Of a DNA stretch of 64,000 nucleotides, positions 28,189-53,539 are shown piece after piece; positions within the stretch are counted from its first letter, which is position 1; every line of letters starts with the position of its first letter. Source of the DNA: Amoebidium appalachense (taxonomy: Eukaryota; Protista; Ichthyosporea); NCBI GenBank assembly GCA_963693365.1, contig CAVNZM010000018.1:987861-1051860 (forward strand), in the 5' to 3' direction. The position numbers and the translations under genes were made by a program. The notes under the pieces were generated by a model, which worked only from the letters and a program-made list of their open reading frames with translations, did not search any database and was not told the DNA's origin.

Positions 28189-29785
28189 GAATTACATAGA
28201 CCCGGCTGGAGAGGTCCCGCGGCGTAGTAGTGCTCAGCCACTTACGTAAGCCAGTGGGTACATAGCCTTGGAGACTAGCTACGATAGGATTCTATGCCAA
28301 TCTGATTACTACGAAGGCGACATCTTTAGCTAAATGAACGGAACCAATAGGAAAAAGGATGCAGTTGTAGAAACCTTACAGGCTTTAAGTGCTTGAATCC
28401 AGTAATTTGTATTGCAGTTACCCTTTCAGTTTTATCTCCAAGTCATGGGTGCACTGTCATGCACATCAGACTGAGCGCGACTTCTGATCGATCAGAAGTT
28501 ACAAAGGAATCAGTGCCACCCGTGCAGGCCGCAGATGAAGGAATCCACACAATCCGAAACCTGGGGATAATATCAACAACCCGTCCCAGTACTGTAGATC
28601 ACTCTGAACGAGCAACCGAGTAACCTGGCTGCGTGTGCCTTACAGCCACTCTGTCAAGTTGTGATTTAGAAGTTCCCCGCCTTATCCCAACTCGTTCAAC
28701 TGTTTATATGCTGCGCCGGCTGCGACTCTCGGTTTCGACCTTCTTCGATAATGTGTTCCACACAAAAAAATGATGATAGGCCATTTTTCTGTTCCTATGA
28801 ATATATAATGTAAAAAAAGGCTTTATAGAATGATACTTTAGTTTTTTATTTCTGCCAACAAAAGTGTTGCAATTTACCCTCTGTTTGATAAACAGCCTAC
28901 AGACCAATTCGATGAGATCTCAACTTAGAGTGGCAGCATTAGTGGCTCGCTGCAGATATCGTGTGATTGGTTCGTTTCTGTGATTGAACGAAACATTGAT
29001 GTGGCAATCTCAACTGTATTCGGTAATCCAAATACGCAATCTTTTAGCCACTCGGCCCGAACCTTTCAAGAACAGGTGTCGGCGGTACATCTTGCCCGCT
29101 CAACTCTCTGCATAATTATTTGAGGCTGAGAATAACTGGTGGCCGGTGTGTAACCCCTGGTGTCTGGGCATGCGACCGACAGACGGATCTGCAGCAAGAC
29201 TGGGGCAGAAAAACAAAGAAACATGGCTGTATGGCTAAACTTGGTATCTTCAAGTCTCTCCCTAATATACCAAGCAACAGCCAAGCATGGTATGATGTTG
29301 TCATCTTTATTTGTCATCAGGCACAATGTGTGCATCAGTTGTTTCCCACACCATTATCAAACTTGAATCTGTGAATTCAAAAGTGCTTCACAATCCTACT
29401 CACCCCTACAGAGTCACTAGATTTGACCTTCATTCCATGGCAACACACAGACGACTCCGTTAATTTCATCCAAAGCCACCAGTTCTGCCACACATACACA
29501 CAAAGTCACAGACCTATTCAATAAAAATATTGCCAAGCTACTTAGCATGTTGCTAGCCATAACATGGCTATTAATCTAATGTTTCGGCAAAACAATCTAA
29601 CTTTACAGAGAAAGCAACATTCACCTAGTCTGTCCCTCATGTGTGAAACATTATTCAGTCCATGTAGTTCAGATATAAACCAGCTAACAGAGAAATTATT
29701 CAGTGCATTTAGTTATCTATCTAGCTCACTACCTGCCCATATGTACACTTGGTCACTCATACACACATTCATACACTTTGCATGG

Positions 29786-41896
<12,111 letters not shown>

Positions 41897-42878
41897 GCTG
41901 CCAGGCTGGGTGGTGGCGCTGAGGCTGAAAACTATACTATCGAAATGCTTTTGTAAACCTCTACTGAAACACAGTATTATTATTACCGTACAAAGGAAAG
42001 AGTTCAACTGGGGACCGAGCTCTGTGTAATCAGAGGGCCGTGGCTCTCAGGTGAGGTCTTGGTTGGTGGATCAGATGGATGTACATGATGACGGCGGTCA
42101 TTCGCATGCGTGATCTGTTGGGCCTTTTTCGTGCTCAGGTATGCGTCGATCAATGGTTGTTGCATTTTCATTGGTTAAGATTGGTTTTATGTCTGGAATG
42201 TAATGCCGCACGTGGACATTCCAAAAAATAAAAACTGCAGTGAAGTGCAGCTGCAGCATGCAGACTGTGGCACTACAGTGCACATGTGCGGTGCTATGGC
42301 TAGCTGTCGTTGCCAGAGTTCAAGTTGATTGACACTTGCCCTCAGGACCATGGATAGACTATCTGGGCGTGCCGTGTGCATGGCCGTAAACAAGGGATAT
42401 TGGCACGTGGCGCAGCGGGAGTTGGCTCTCCCTACTGCAAAGTGCAGCTGGCAGCAGTAACAACAATCTGAACAATTGCGACAAGACAACCGAGTGTGCA
42501 CACAGGGTTTCGAGGCAACACTGAGTGGCAGCCTCTCTCTCGTCTCTCTTCAAAATTTTTAAACGGGGGGAGGGGGGGGGGGGGGGGGGGGGGGGATGGG
42601 AAGTTAATTAGCGTATCGTTCTTTCGGCATGTCGGGCTGATAGCTGGCTGTGCAGTCAGCGCTAGCCATTCTGCAGGAGCTAGTAGAATGGCCCAGCTGG
42701 GTGGCTGCAGGCTGGTTGGTTTCAGCCTGGGTGGGGGCACATGCGGCAGAACAACAGCTGCTGCCACAGCATAATCGGCCCCTAAGTTCCACAATTCTAC
42801 TCTCACTGCCTATGTACAGTATGCATGCCTTGGGGGTGGGGTATCGGTGTGTGCGTGTGACCGGTGGGCCTGCTGTAA

Positions 42879-42934
<56 letters not shown>

Positions 42935-43459
42935 GGGGGGGGAGGGGGGAGGGGGGGGCCTCCCGAGGGGGAGGCGGGGCACCGGAAGGGATCATTGCAC
43001 TTTATTGGCCGCTCCCTCCGGCCAATCCGGGAACACAACATGTGCCCCATATGTATGATATGTACATCATAATACAGACGAGAGCCACCCCTTATCAATG
43101 GTAACTACTACACCGTCACAGCCGCTAAAGCCACAGGCCTTACAGACCACCTATTCAAGACACCGTAAAAAAGAAACAACACACACACACACACACAAAA
43201 CAGAACAAAAACCGGAAGGGCCGAAGGGTGGTGGTGCTGCTTTCCCTGAATAATGCACGATAAATATATATCTTAGACTGAGAGGGAAAAACTGCTGTAT
43301 ACCCAAAGCAATGGTGTGATGACAGTACTATTTATTTAGTTGCAAGCGAAAGCTCCCAAGAAAGTTTGGTTAACTGATCCCCGGTGGCCATGCTAGGCCC
43401 ATGCTGTCCAATAGCAAGGCCCAACACCTTACCTAATATGGCCATAAGCCTGGCTGCCA

Positions 43460-43730
43460 CTTCTCAGTGCGGTGCCTGCTTGGCTTCATCTCCCCGGCCA
43501 CACCGGTACCTCTCCGATCCACACACGTGCACAAAGTCATGCCATTTCTGACAGCCAATCGGAAGTGTTACACCTGGTGGTTACCGTTGTGCCTCGCCCA
43601 ATCAGGTTGCAGGGCCCTGCCCACACACCCAATGCCTATTAGGGTGATGAAACAAAACCCCCTGCATGCCATCTGCCACATGCATATGTGAGCGTGCAAA
43701 AACAATTCGAAGGCGCCAGGGCCCTCAAGG
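43460..43730 (+). repeat. Non-coding block I, paralogous to 54190-54415
   Basis: Shared TGCTTGGCTTC.TCTCCCC, GCCCAATCAG.TTGCAG, CCTGCCCACACACCCAA and TCGAAGGCGCCA. Confidence 0.8.
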
Positions 43731-43766
43731 TTTTTTTTTTTTTTTTTTTTTTTTTTGTGCGGGTTG

Positions 43767-43802
<36 letters not shown>

Positions 43803-44699
43803 TTAGCCGGAGACGGCTAACCAAATCATGGATTACCCGCCCCCCCCCTCTCCCCCCCCCCCCCCCCCCCTCTCCCCCAACCGAGGAAATATGAAATTCC
43901 GTTAAATCACTTACCCCCCCCTCTCCCCCCCCCCCCCCCCCCCCAGGCACGCACACACACAGAGGGTTGCAGTGGTGGTGGTCTTTTTCTTGTTCGTATT
44001 GTGGTGGTGGGGGGGGGGGGGGGGGGGGGGGGCTTGAGAAGGAGTGGATAGCGGTAGTTTCGCCGATGGTCAATGGGAACCAAGGTGCACCGCCATGCAG
44101 CAATTGGCTGCCAGTGCTGCAGTGCCTAGCTGTTGTCTCAGTTTCCGGCGGCATGCACATGTGCCCTTAATTGGGCCATCGTATGTACTATCGAACTAGT
44201 CGGTGTGGATCGAACACACACAGTCACACCGCAGGCTAGACTGCTACTCATCGAGTTGGGGCAGAGGGAGAGCCCCGGGCAGCACGGCTGGAAGGACCCA
44301 GCATACACGGCCGGACATGTGAAGGAGAGATCACGGCCATATGATTGGCCGCCTGGCCAGATTTGGCTACTGCTACATATAAGGAAATGCCAACCATTTA
44401 TCAACAGCAATAAATTAGTTAGGGGTCAAGAAGTGAGATGCCCCAATGGCGATGAGGTGTGGTGCCTCCTTAAACCCTGTGTTCCCCTCCGAGCCCACCA
44501 CGAACAGTCTGGGGTTAATCCGGGCCCCGGCTAACGCACCACACCAGCCTAGTAGGCAACAATCTGATGCACGGCCTTCCAAGAGTACGGGGGCTATTTC
44601 ACAATGGGTGGAGGACTGCCCTTGGCCCACCGGGCAGCATGCAGCCAACCAATCTGCACCACCTGGCTTAGCTGCTCACCATGGCACACATGTGTCAGC

Positions 44700-46058
44700 C
44701 TACACTGTATTTTTTTAAATTTTCACTTAGCGCCCGGCTTCAAGCCCATTGCGCGACAACCGCCCCGAAGTCTACAATTCGGATGTACAGAATGTTATCG
44801 CCGCGGTACAACTCCTACGCTCTGCTTATCGGACCCTGGTCCCGCCATAACAGACAGCACTAACCCAGGGGGTACATGGGGTATGTATGGAGTTCCCCGG
44901 GGGTGCGGAGCCGCCCACAGGCAACACCCTTTCCCCGAGCCGAGAGGGACCCCTTGAAACTCAACAAGGGCCCAGCCCAGGCATCGATCAGGGCCGTAAA
45001 GGGCAACACCCAGAGCCTATCACTGGCTATGGGCACCGTACCCACCATGGCCAGGCTACACCGAGATCACCCGACCATCGTCACGGAACCCACGTGCCCC
45101 AGGTGCCAACAGCACCCGGAGACGACGGCCCACCTCTGGTCCTGCTCGGCACATGCCGAGGAAGCCCCCTCTCTGACCGCGGCCATCACGGCATGTATCT
45201 ACAACGTGCTGCACTCTCGTTACCCCAAGACCCCCACGGCACAACACCGGCAGACAGCCAACACGGCCACCTCCCAGTGTGAGTGGTTCAAGTGGATCGG
45301 AGGGCAGCTCGGCCTACCAGACACCAAGGACATCAAGTGGGTCACACGGGGTTTCTGCCCACGATCCGTGGGGCCCCTACTAACAGACCTCGGCACCACA
45401 GAGCCCACGGCACATGCCATTTTAGCTAAAATAACCGTAGAATTGCAAACTTTCTTCTATGCTAGGATATGGACACCACGTAACACGACCCTCCCACCCA
45501 CCCACCCTAAAATGCACAAACACAAACATTCCAGCACCACACGTAAACAGAGACGTAGAGCCCCACCGAAACCCAAATCACATACACCCACACAACCCAC
45601 ACACACAGGCAGCATGCCCAACCTGCAGACACACACATAGAACAAATCAACCATGCAACCCTAGGCTCTTAGATCATTACACCGTAGCCACCCAATATGT
45701 ACAACACCATATACTATTAGGCAGCCACCCACCACCACCAGACCCCACCATACACCACTATCCCCCGTAAACCCACCCACACCACACCACACATTCCACC
45801 ACTTTAGATGAACCAATGAGAGCCCAGTTTTTCAAGTTTATTCGTCGGTTCTGAGTGGAGGGGAAGCCTGGTGCTACCCACCGGCGTGGCTGGGGTTGAT
45901 ACCCCGGGCAAAGTGTGTACATATAGTTAGGATTGTTATAGGTGTGTTAGTTTTAGCTACTAGCATCGTAGCACCCTAACTAGAGTACTGTCGGTGCTGG
46001 GTGGAAGACGGTAGTTCCCCCTGAGGGCCCCTAGGGGTACCTCCGGGAACAAAACGGG

Positions 46059-46094
<36 letters not shown>
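44700..46094 (+). mobile_element. 5'-truncated non-LTR retrotransposon (LINE): ORF2 C-terminus, 3' UTR and poly(A); 5' limit uncertain
   Basis: GTVPT..RL..CPRCQQHPETTAHLWSC (Cx2C..HxxxC zinc knuckle) and IWTPRN in ORF 44876-45640; poly(A) at 46062-46094. Confidence 0.8.
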
Positions 46095-46095
<1 letters not shown>

Positions 46096-46423
46096 ACACA
46101 CCCTTTCCCCATGATACATAATCAGGAAGTAATCGGCCCGAGTGGGAGCATATAGAACTCCACCATGGGCAACTATAAACAACCCATCCCCACCATACAG
46201 CCGATAAACACAGCCACATTCTTTGGCCCTGGCCATGCTGGGTGGCTCTCTGCGCAGGGCAGGACAGCGGGCATCTAGAAATGTTGGCATTTCACACCCT
46301 GGGGCAGCATTTCTTCATGGCATGTGTACAAGGTAGGTGCTCCCCTCTCTATGTACATACTATAATGCACAGCAAGGTTGACTGGGGCCACTTAGCAACC
46401 CCTCCTCCCCCCCCCCCCCCCCC

Positions 46424-46456
<33 letters not shown>

Positions 46457-46843
46457 AAGAATGAAAGAAAGAAAAAGAAATAAAGAAAGAAAGAAAGAAA
46501 CACAACACATTACCACCACCCCTTTCCCGTTCTAACCGATCACAGCATCACCTCAATCAGACAACTGCAGTGTGCATCAGTGCATGGTACAGGTGAAAGG
46601 GACATAGTGGTTGGCATGTAGTAGGTATTGTTTATTATTTGTTCAAAGTGTAGGTGTACTCTAATTATGTGACATGATAACGTTTTCAAACCGGAGCATT
46701 ACTCACGCGAGAAAGAGAAGGTGTGTGTGTACGTGCGTGTGTTTGTACGTTTAGGCATGCGTAGGGGAGTGCCTGTATGTAAACTTTGTATATGTGGGTG
46801 TGTGACAATTTTGTGTGCGTGCGCCGGCATGCACGCAGGAGTA

Positions 46844-46877
<34 letters not shown>

Positions 46878-46954
46878 CGCGCGTACGTACGTGCGTACAT
46901 GCGTACATGCGTGCGTGCATGTTTGCGCGCATCCCGGTATCGGCATGGATGTCG

Positions 46955-47157
46955 TAGTAACCCTGGGCAAAGTGTGTACTAATAGTTAGTGAGGTTTCGG
47001 AATGATGGTTTAGCTTAGCTAGGCACATAGATGGCACCCTAACTAGTGTCGGTGCTGTGTGGTGGACGGCAGTTCCCTCGAGGGCATGCAAAGGTCCTCG
47101 AGGGAACTACCGTCCACCACACACCTCCGGGAACAAAACGTGATGAAATAAAAAAGC
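46955..47157 (+). mobile_element. SINE-like or truncated copy of the LINE 3' tail with a 28-bp hairpin
   Basis: Shares GGGCAAAGTGTGTAC, ATAGTTAG..CACCCTAACTAG, TGTCGGTGCTG and ACCTCCGGGAACAAAACG with 45900-46060; A-rich end. Confidence 0.7.
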
Positions 47158-47235
47158 CGTGTTTGCGCGCGAGCGGGCGTGTTTGTCTGTGTATGTGTTC
47201 CGGTGGGTATGCATGTGCATATGTGCGCCCATGGA

Positions 47236-47425
47236 AGGTGTACACTCAGAGCTCGGATGGGTTTGGTTGAAGTCTGGGAAAGGGTTTTCATGTGGGTGTG
47301 TGCCCGGGGGGTCGGTGTGCGTTCATGAATTGGTTCTTGGGTGGATGGTGTATAATATCTGTGTAGCCCGGGCGGGGTCCCAGGGGGGGGAGGGGGCGGA
47401 GGGGGGGGAGGGGGCTCGAGGAGGC
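47236..47425 (+). repeat. Non-coding block II, paralogous to 54460-54650
   Basis: Shared GGTGTACACTCAG.GCTCGGATGGGTTTGGTTG and TGTGCCCGGGGGTCGGTGTG. Confidence 0.85.
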
Positions 47426-47442
47426 ACGTGGAAGCTGTGTGT

Positions 47443-47514
<72 letters not shown>

Positions 47515-47548
47515 GTGTGTATGCGTGTGTGCGTGTGTGTGTGTGCGT

Positions 47549-47630
<82 letters not shown>

Positions 47631-47707
47631 GTCTGTTTGTGTGTTTCCGCGCGTGTGTGCGTCTGTGTGCGTGTGTGCGTGTGTGTGCGCGTGTGTGTGC
47701 GTGTGTT

Positions 47708-47741
<34 letters not shown>

Positions 47742-47944
47742 TATGTGCGCGTGTGCGTGTGTGTGCATATGCGTGTATATGCGTGTGGTGGGAGAACACG
47801 TTAAATTTAATTGACATGCATACATGGGGAAGCAGACAGCAGCACGACAACTTGATTTGGGACGGGGTTTCGCTGCTGCATAGACAATGAGTGACGGTAA
47901 AATAGGGTAGTTACGCACGTATGTGCACATGGCAACATGGTATG

Positions 47945-48240
47945 AAGGCGTGAGGTGGCCCCTCCGGGGGGAAGAAATGCGTAAAAGCACATCTTACACA
48001 CCGGGCTCTTTCAACTTGCGCATTTTCAAAAGGTTGTTTGTTTACTAACTGGTATGCAAAATGACGGAATGTGCTCATTTGATTGGTATACGCATTCTGA
48101 GCCAGGAGCCTCCTCCAGTGGCTCTTCCAGAAATGGCTAAACTATGACCGTGCTGATTTGTACAAAAAAGCGATAAAAGAGCAGAATGGTATGCAAATAG
48201 ACAGAATACGCGTACTTGGTTCGTAAACTGTCAGACAGGT
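47945..48240 (+). promoter_or_regulatory. Non-coding block III (promoter-like), paralogous to 57035-57365
   Basis: Shared GTGAGGTGGCCCC, ATCTTACACAC and TTGTTTGTTTAC, two TGGTA(T/C)GCAAA..GAC.GAAT motifs, and ATTGG boxes. Confidence 0.55.
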
Positions 48241-48377
48241 ATAATTGCCTGAGCATACTAGCTTGATATGGTTATTAATGACGTCATACCCACTGGTCTT
48301 GGGTTGAAGTGGGCACAAAATCAAGGCAAACAGTAAAAGTAGAAAAAAGGTTCAAAGTTTTACACCCAAGTCTTCGT

Positions 48378-51300
48378 ATGTTTACCCAGCCAGTTCACCA
48401 GAGAACAGCCCTACCTACCAACACACCGCTTGCTATTCGCACCTACAGCCCACGGCATCTACCACCTGAAGGCCACCGTGTTGCGACGGAGCATCATTCA
48501 AGCTGGTGAGTTTGGTCTCCTCCTCCTCTTGTCTCCGCCTGCACCCACCCACCCACCTGGCCCTTTCTTCGAAGACATTATTCTTTGTCTAATAAGTCTA
48601 TCTGTCTCTGTGTGTATGTCTCGTTGTATTGTCTCGTTGTATCGGATCTTTTTTCTTTACAACTCTCTCTTCTGTTTTGTTTTTTTGCTTGCGCTATTGC
48701 TGGATGCCATACCTGCGCATACTATGGGCTGCACCGTTTTCTTGGGTTATCCTAGGCACAGTGTTGTGCGCCGCTTTTTCTCCCCTTCCCCCGCCCGCCC
48801 TTCCACCATTTTCCTGCCTCCCCCTCCCCCCTCCCTCCCCCCCCCCTCCCCCCACCTTTCCCCTGTCTTCCTCCCACATGTTCGAACATGAACCCACACA
48901 CAATCACACACAGGCACGTGCACAAACACACACGTGAAGAAAACGCACATCCTTAGGAATAGGGGCACTTGCACTCTCTTTTTTTAGACCTTTTAGTATC
49001 AAAAATATATTGCAGGCAGGCATGCTTGTGTGACCCTCCCCCCGCCCTCCTCCATAGCCCAGCCCATTGAAAGGCATGTAGAGTTGGGTGGGAAGAATCT
49101 GGTTCGTTATGCATGCCAGCAGATGTCCTTCTGTTTGTTTTTGCACATCCTGTTCGCATGTCAGCGGCACCATGTTCTCGTTGTGCCTCCACTGATGGAC
49201 CTCCATACCGCATACCACGGTGTCCCTCTTCTCCTCTCCCTTGTCTCCTGTTGCAACTGTGGCCTAGCTCTGTTGCTCTGACTTTCTGCCTTTAAACTCC
49301 CTCTGTGCTTGGACAACCACACTCAAGGCACAAACATAACTGTGTGCTGGATCCAGGAATTGTGAACTTACATGCACACACACACACGCACACACACACA
49401 CACTCACTCACTCACTCACTCACACACATTCGGTTGCATGCACTCGCATGTATACACACACGGTATGACTGGGCACACACCTGCGCCCGTGCTTACGCTA
49501 GCACACACGCACACTTTCTCTCTGTCTCACCCTGAACGACTATCGTCTTCTCTCTCTCTCTCTCTCTCCCCCCCCCCCCCCCCTTCCCGGGGAGCTCCCT
49601 CTCCCTATGCCTCTTCCTATCCCTTTCCCTCCCTCCTCCCTCCTCTGTCTTTTTGAGTCGCACACAACATTCTCTCCCTTCCCCCCTCCCCTCCCCCCCC
49701 ATCCTCCTTTCCCCCTCGATCTCCCGCCTTTCCTCCCTCCCTTTCCTTCCCCTTACTTCCCGTCTGCCTCCCTCTCCTCTCATATACTCTCTCTGATTGC
49801 ACAACCCTTTGTTATAAAGAAACCATCATCCTTTGTTTTTATCTTTTCCCTTCTACCACACGTACGGGCACGGGGGAAATCCAGAGGGAAGAGGGAGGGG
49901 GGCGGGGGAGGGGGGGGGGGGTGCAGAAGCACCATAACAGGTTTTGTACGGCCCATGCCCACTGTTTTGTTTCATGCCCACCACCTGTCTAACACGTGTG
50001 CCTACCCCGAGAGCACAGCCCCCTCCTGGCTCTGCCCCCCGAGCTCGTCACCCACATCATTCGCTTTCTGCCGTTGGCCGACCGCAAGACTTTTTCGCTG
50101 GTCTGCCGCTACTTCCGCACCCTTGCACGGTCCCACCAGGCCGGGCTGGTGTCTATGTCCTTCCGTGGTGGGGGGAAGGACGTCGACAAGTTGGACAACT
50201 CAAACCAGTGGCATGCGGCTATCGGCACGGTGGTGCTGGACCTAGACCTGATGAACTATACCCTTGACGGCAACAAGAGAGTGTGCAAGGCCATTTTTCG
50301 CCAGATTCAAGTACTTCCGAATTTGGAGAGCATTCATGTTTTGTGAGCGGGAGGTGAGGAGGCCTTCTGGGAGCCTCTACTTGAGTCACTGGTCGAGACG
50401 GTTGGGAGCAAGTTGCGGACTGTAAGCCTCAATCTTGGCGCTATGGCCAACAACCCATCCTCCCACACTAGATGGCAGCTAACTCAGAAGGTGCTGGGTT
50501 GCTGCACACACATGCAAGAGCTGTCGGTGACCATCACGGCGCCTGCGGGGTTCCAACGTGCACCGCTTGCACCGAACGAAGGTGTCAATCGGCTGAAGTA
50601 CACGAGCAGAAACTGTGCGCTGTTAACCGATTTCCTTTCGGCGTGCCCAAAACTCGCGCGCATACACCTCACTGCGACCATCAACCACCTAAGGTATCGC
50701 GACCTGTTGCCTTTGGAGGCCTGTCCGAACCTCACCCACGTGTGGGTGATGACGGCCACTGGGGACCTCAGCAAGCATGCGTGCCCAACCTGGAGGTGGT
50801 GGTGGTCGACGTGTCCCAGCCCGTGAATGTGCATAGGTTGGCGGCGTGTCCCCGCCTGCGCCGCGTGTTTCTTTCCTGCATAGGTTTGTCGGCCGAGCTC
50901 CCCGATTTCCAATCCGATATTTTAGAGTTCTTTGAATTTTCCTCCAGTTTTTCTGCGGCATCCGTTGACACACAAGGAGTGATGACATCTCTATCGGCCC
51001 AAACACAGACACTGAAATCCCTCACCCTGAGTGGCATTGAAAACGTACGGCTGGATGCACTCGCACCATTCCAAGCACTCACCGAGGTCACCCTGATAGA
51101 CTGTGTTTGCGACACTACTCCCCGTGCGGTGGCAGGAAACGAGCTGGTTTCGCAAAACCAAGCCCATCAAGGCCCTAACGATACGTGCATTGAGCCATCT
51201 GCCGGCCATCAATGCAACATCGTCCCACATGCACCTTCGGCAGCTCCAAAACGACCCGGCCTACTCGTTTCTTGCTCACTGCACCACTCTCGAGGATTTA

Positions 51301-51807
51301 ACGATCAGCGGTGCTCCCAACAAAAACATAGATGATATCCGCCCACCCACCTCTCTCACCCGCCTCGAGTTGTGTAACGTCGGGGGCACCACCCTTTTCC
51401 CTCTCACCAACCCAAAGTTGCGCAGTCTTTGCGTTGAAAATTGCACGTCACGTTGCTCACTCGGCAGCGCCCCCGCCACTACCGAATCGCTAAAGCCAGT
51501 AGATCTGTATAACTGCGACAGACTGGAGGACATCAGTGCTCTGACGCACATACACACCTTGCAGTCGCTCACACTCGTCGATGTGGATATGATTGGTACG
51601 CTGGAAGGTTTCAAGGGCCATCAGAGCCTGTGTGAGGTGTCTATCCGTTGCCCCGGGATCAATATATCGGCCCTGTTATCGTGCCCCAAAATCGGTCCTG
51701 ATTCGGTTCGGGTGCATGGCAGTAACCCTCAATCCCCTCCGCCGAGCGAGCAAGTGAAACGCATTGCCACCCTGCAAAAGGCAATTACGATGAGAACGGT
51801 TCGTTGA
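48378..51807 (+). pseudogene. F-box/leucine-rich-repeat gene 1 (putative exon 48378-48505 plus 50019-51807), disrupted
   Basis: F-box LLALPPELVTHIIRFLPLADRKTFSLVCRYF and LRRs (LKSLTLSGI, LTRLELCNV, LEDISAL). In-frame TGA at 50344 and frameshifts at ~50780 and ~51120. GTGAGT donor and CTAAC..CACAG acceptor are phase-compatible. Confidence 0.8.
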
Positions 51808-51865
51808 TAGGTACATACACCCCCCTCCCCCCCCCCCCCCCCCCCCCCCCCCAACTTGGGCTCCC

Positions 51866-51953
<88 letters not shown>

Positions 51954-53445
51954 ACACGCACTCACACACACAGGCACACACACACACACCACACACACAC
52001 AGTCGTACACACACACGTACACACACACACACACTCTCTCTCACGCTCTCACCCACTCAGACGCACACAGACACACCCTGCCTGCACCTAAGCAAGAGAC
52101 ATAGCATGAAACTCCAATGTGTAAACCACAGCACGTGCATGTGCACCAGCAGCCCAACTGACTGTTTGCACTTTGTAAATGTATGTGTGGCCGGCACCCA
52201 GCCAGTTAAACAGTGCACATGCCCCCCCCTCCCCCCCCCCCCCCCCCCCCCCACACACACACAAAAACATCACATCCACCACCACAGACACACTGTCAGG
52301 CAGACACACACACAAACATTTCTCCCACTCCCTGCTGCCCCCCCCCTCTCCCCCCCCCTCCTCCCCCCCCCCCCCCCCCGCCCTCCCCCTCCTTTTCTTC
52401 GTCCTCCCCCCCCCCCCCCCCCTCCCCCCTGCTGTCTGTCTGCCTCTCTCTCTCCCCCCCCCCCAAACCCCTTCGGTCTCTCTGTTGCCACGTCTATCTC
52501 TGTGCGTTGTCTGGCAGATATACACATGCAATGATGTGATGCAGTGTAATCAATGCACGTGCGTTTTCATGAGCTCTGCCTGTGCCCCCTGTCGTTCACT
52601 ACCCACTATGCTGCAGTAGCCATGGGGGGTTGGATACCGCAAGGCTCATCAACCCGTGACGAGTGATTGGGGCATTCATACAGCAGCGATTGTAATTGGT
52701 CTTTTTCTTCTTTCTTTCCTTTTTCTTCTTTCTTTCCATCTTTCCATCTTTCCTTTTTCCTCTTTCTTTCCGTCTTTTCTTTCTTTCCCTTTTCTTCTTT
52801 CTTTCTCTCTTCTATTTTTATTGCGCAGATGGTGCACCGTTAGGTAGGGTGGGATGGGAGGGTGGGAGGGAGTGAGAGATTTTGTGTGTGTGTGTGTGTG
52901 TGGTGGTGTTTTTTTTGGGGGGGGGAGGGGGGGGGGGGGGGGGGGGGGGAACTGTCAACCAGTTGCGAGCCTGTGGATTTATGGTACGATCGAGGTTGCT
53001 TTTTGGTTGCAGTGCGCTGTCCGGTTTGTGTGTGCTCTCGTGCCCACCTATCCACGTGATTTTATCCGATCGATATGAGATTTTGGCTGATACGGCTCAA
53101 TTTGATGCTTTGATTGGCTCCTGGTTGTAAATTGAGTTTAAACTTGTGATAATACTGGTTACTACATGTAACAGGCCCTAGATACATGAAGTTTGTGCTT
53201 TTGATCAATGCCCCTTAATTGGGTGGTTTTTTCTGTTATGTGAGTTGATGCACTACGTTATATCACCGCCCTAATTATGATAACGATTATCGGTGTTATA
53301 TCACTGCCCTTTTTATATAATGACTATCGGTATGCGTGTTGATTTGATGTAGTTATTACTTCGGTGGCAAGTAGACATTCTCAATGTTTTTCATTCAACA
53401 CACACACACTTGCACGCACACGCACACACACACACACGCACACAC

Positions 53446-53539
<94 letters not shown>

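Noticed and set aside
42098-42806. Possible minus-strand exons upstream of the peptidase
   Set aside because: Short ORFs with no recognisable domain or coherent splice model
44040-44700. Upstream continuation of the LINE ORF (RT/RNase H)
   Set aside because: No recognisable motifs; needs a translated HMM search
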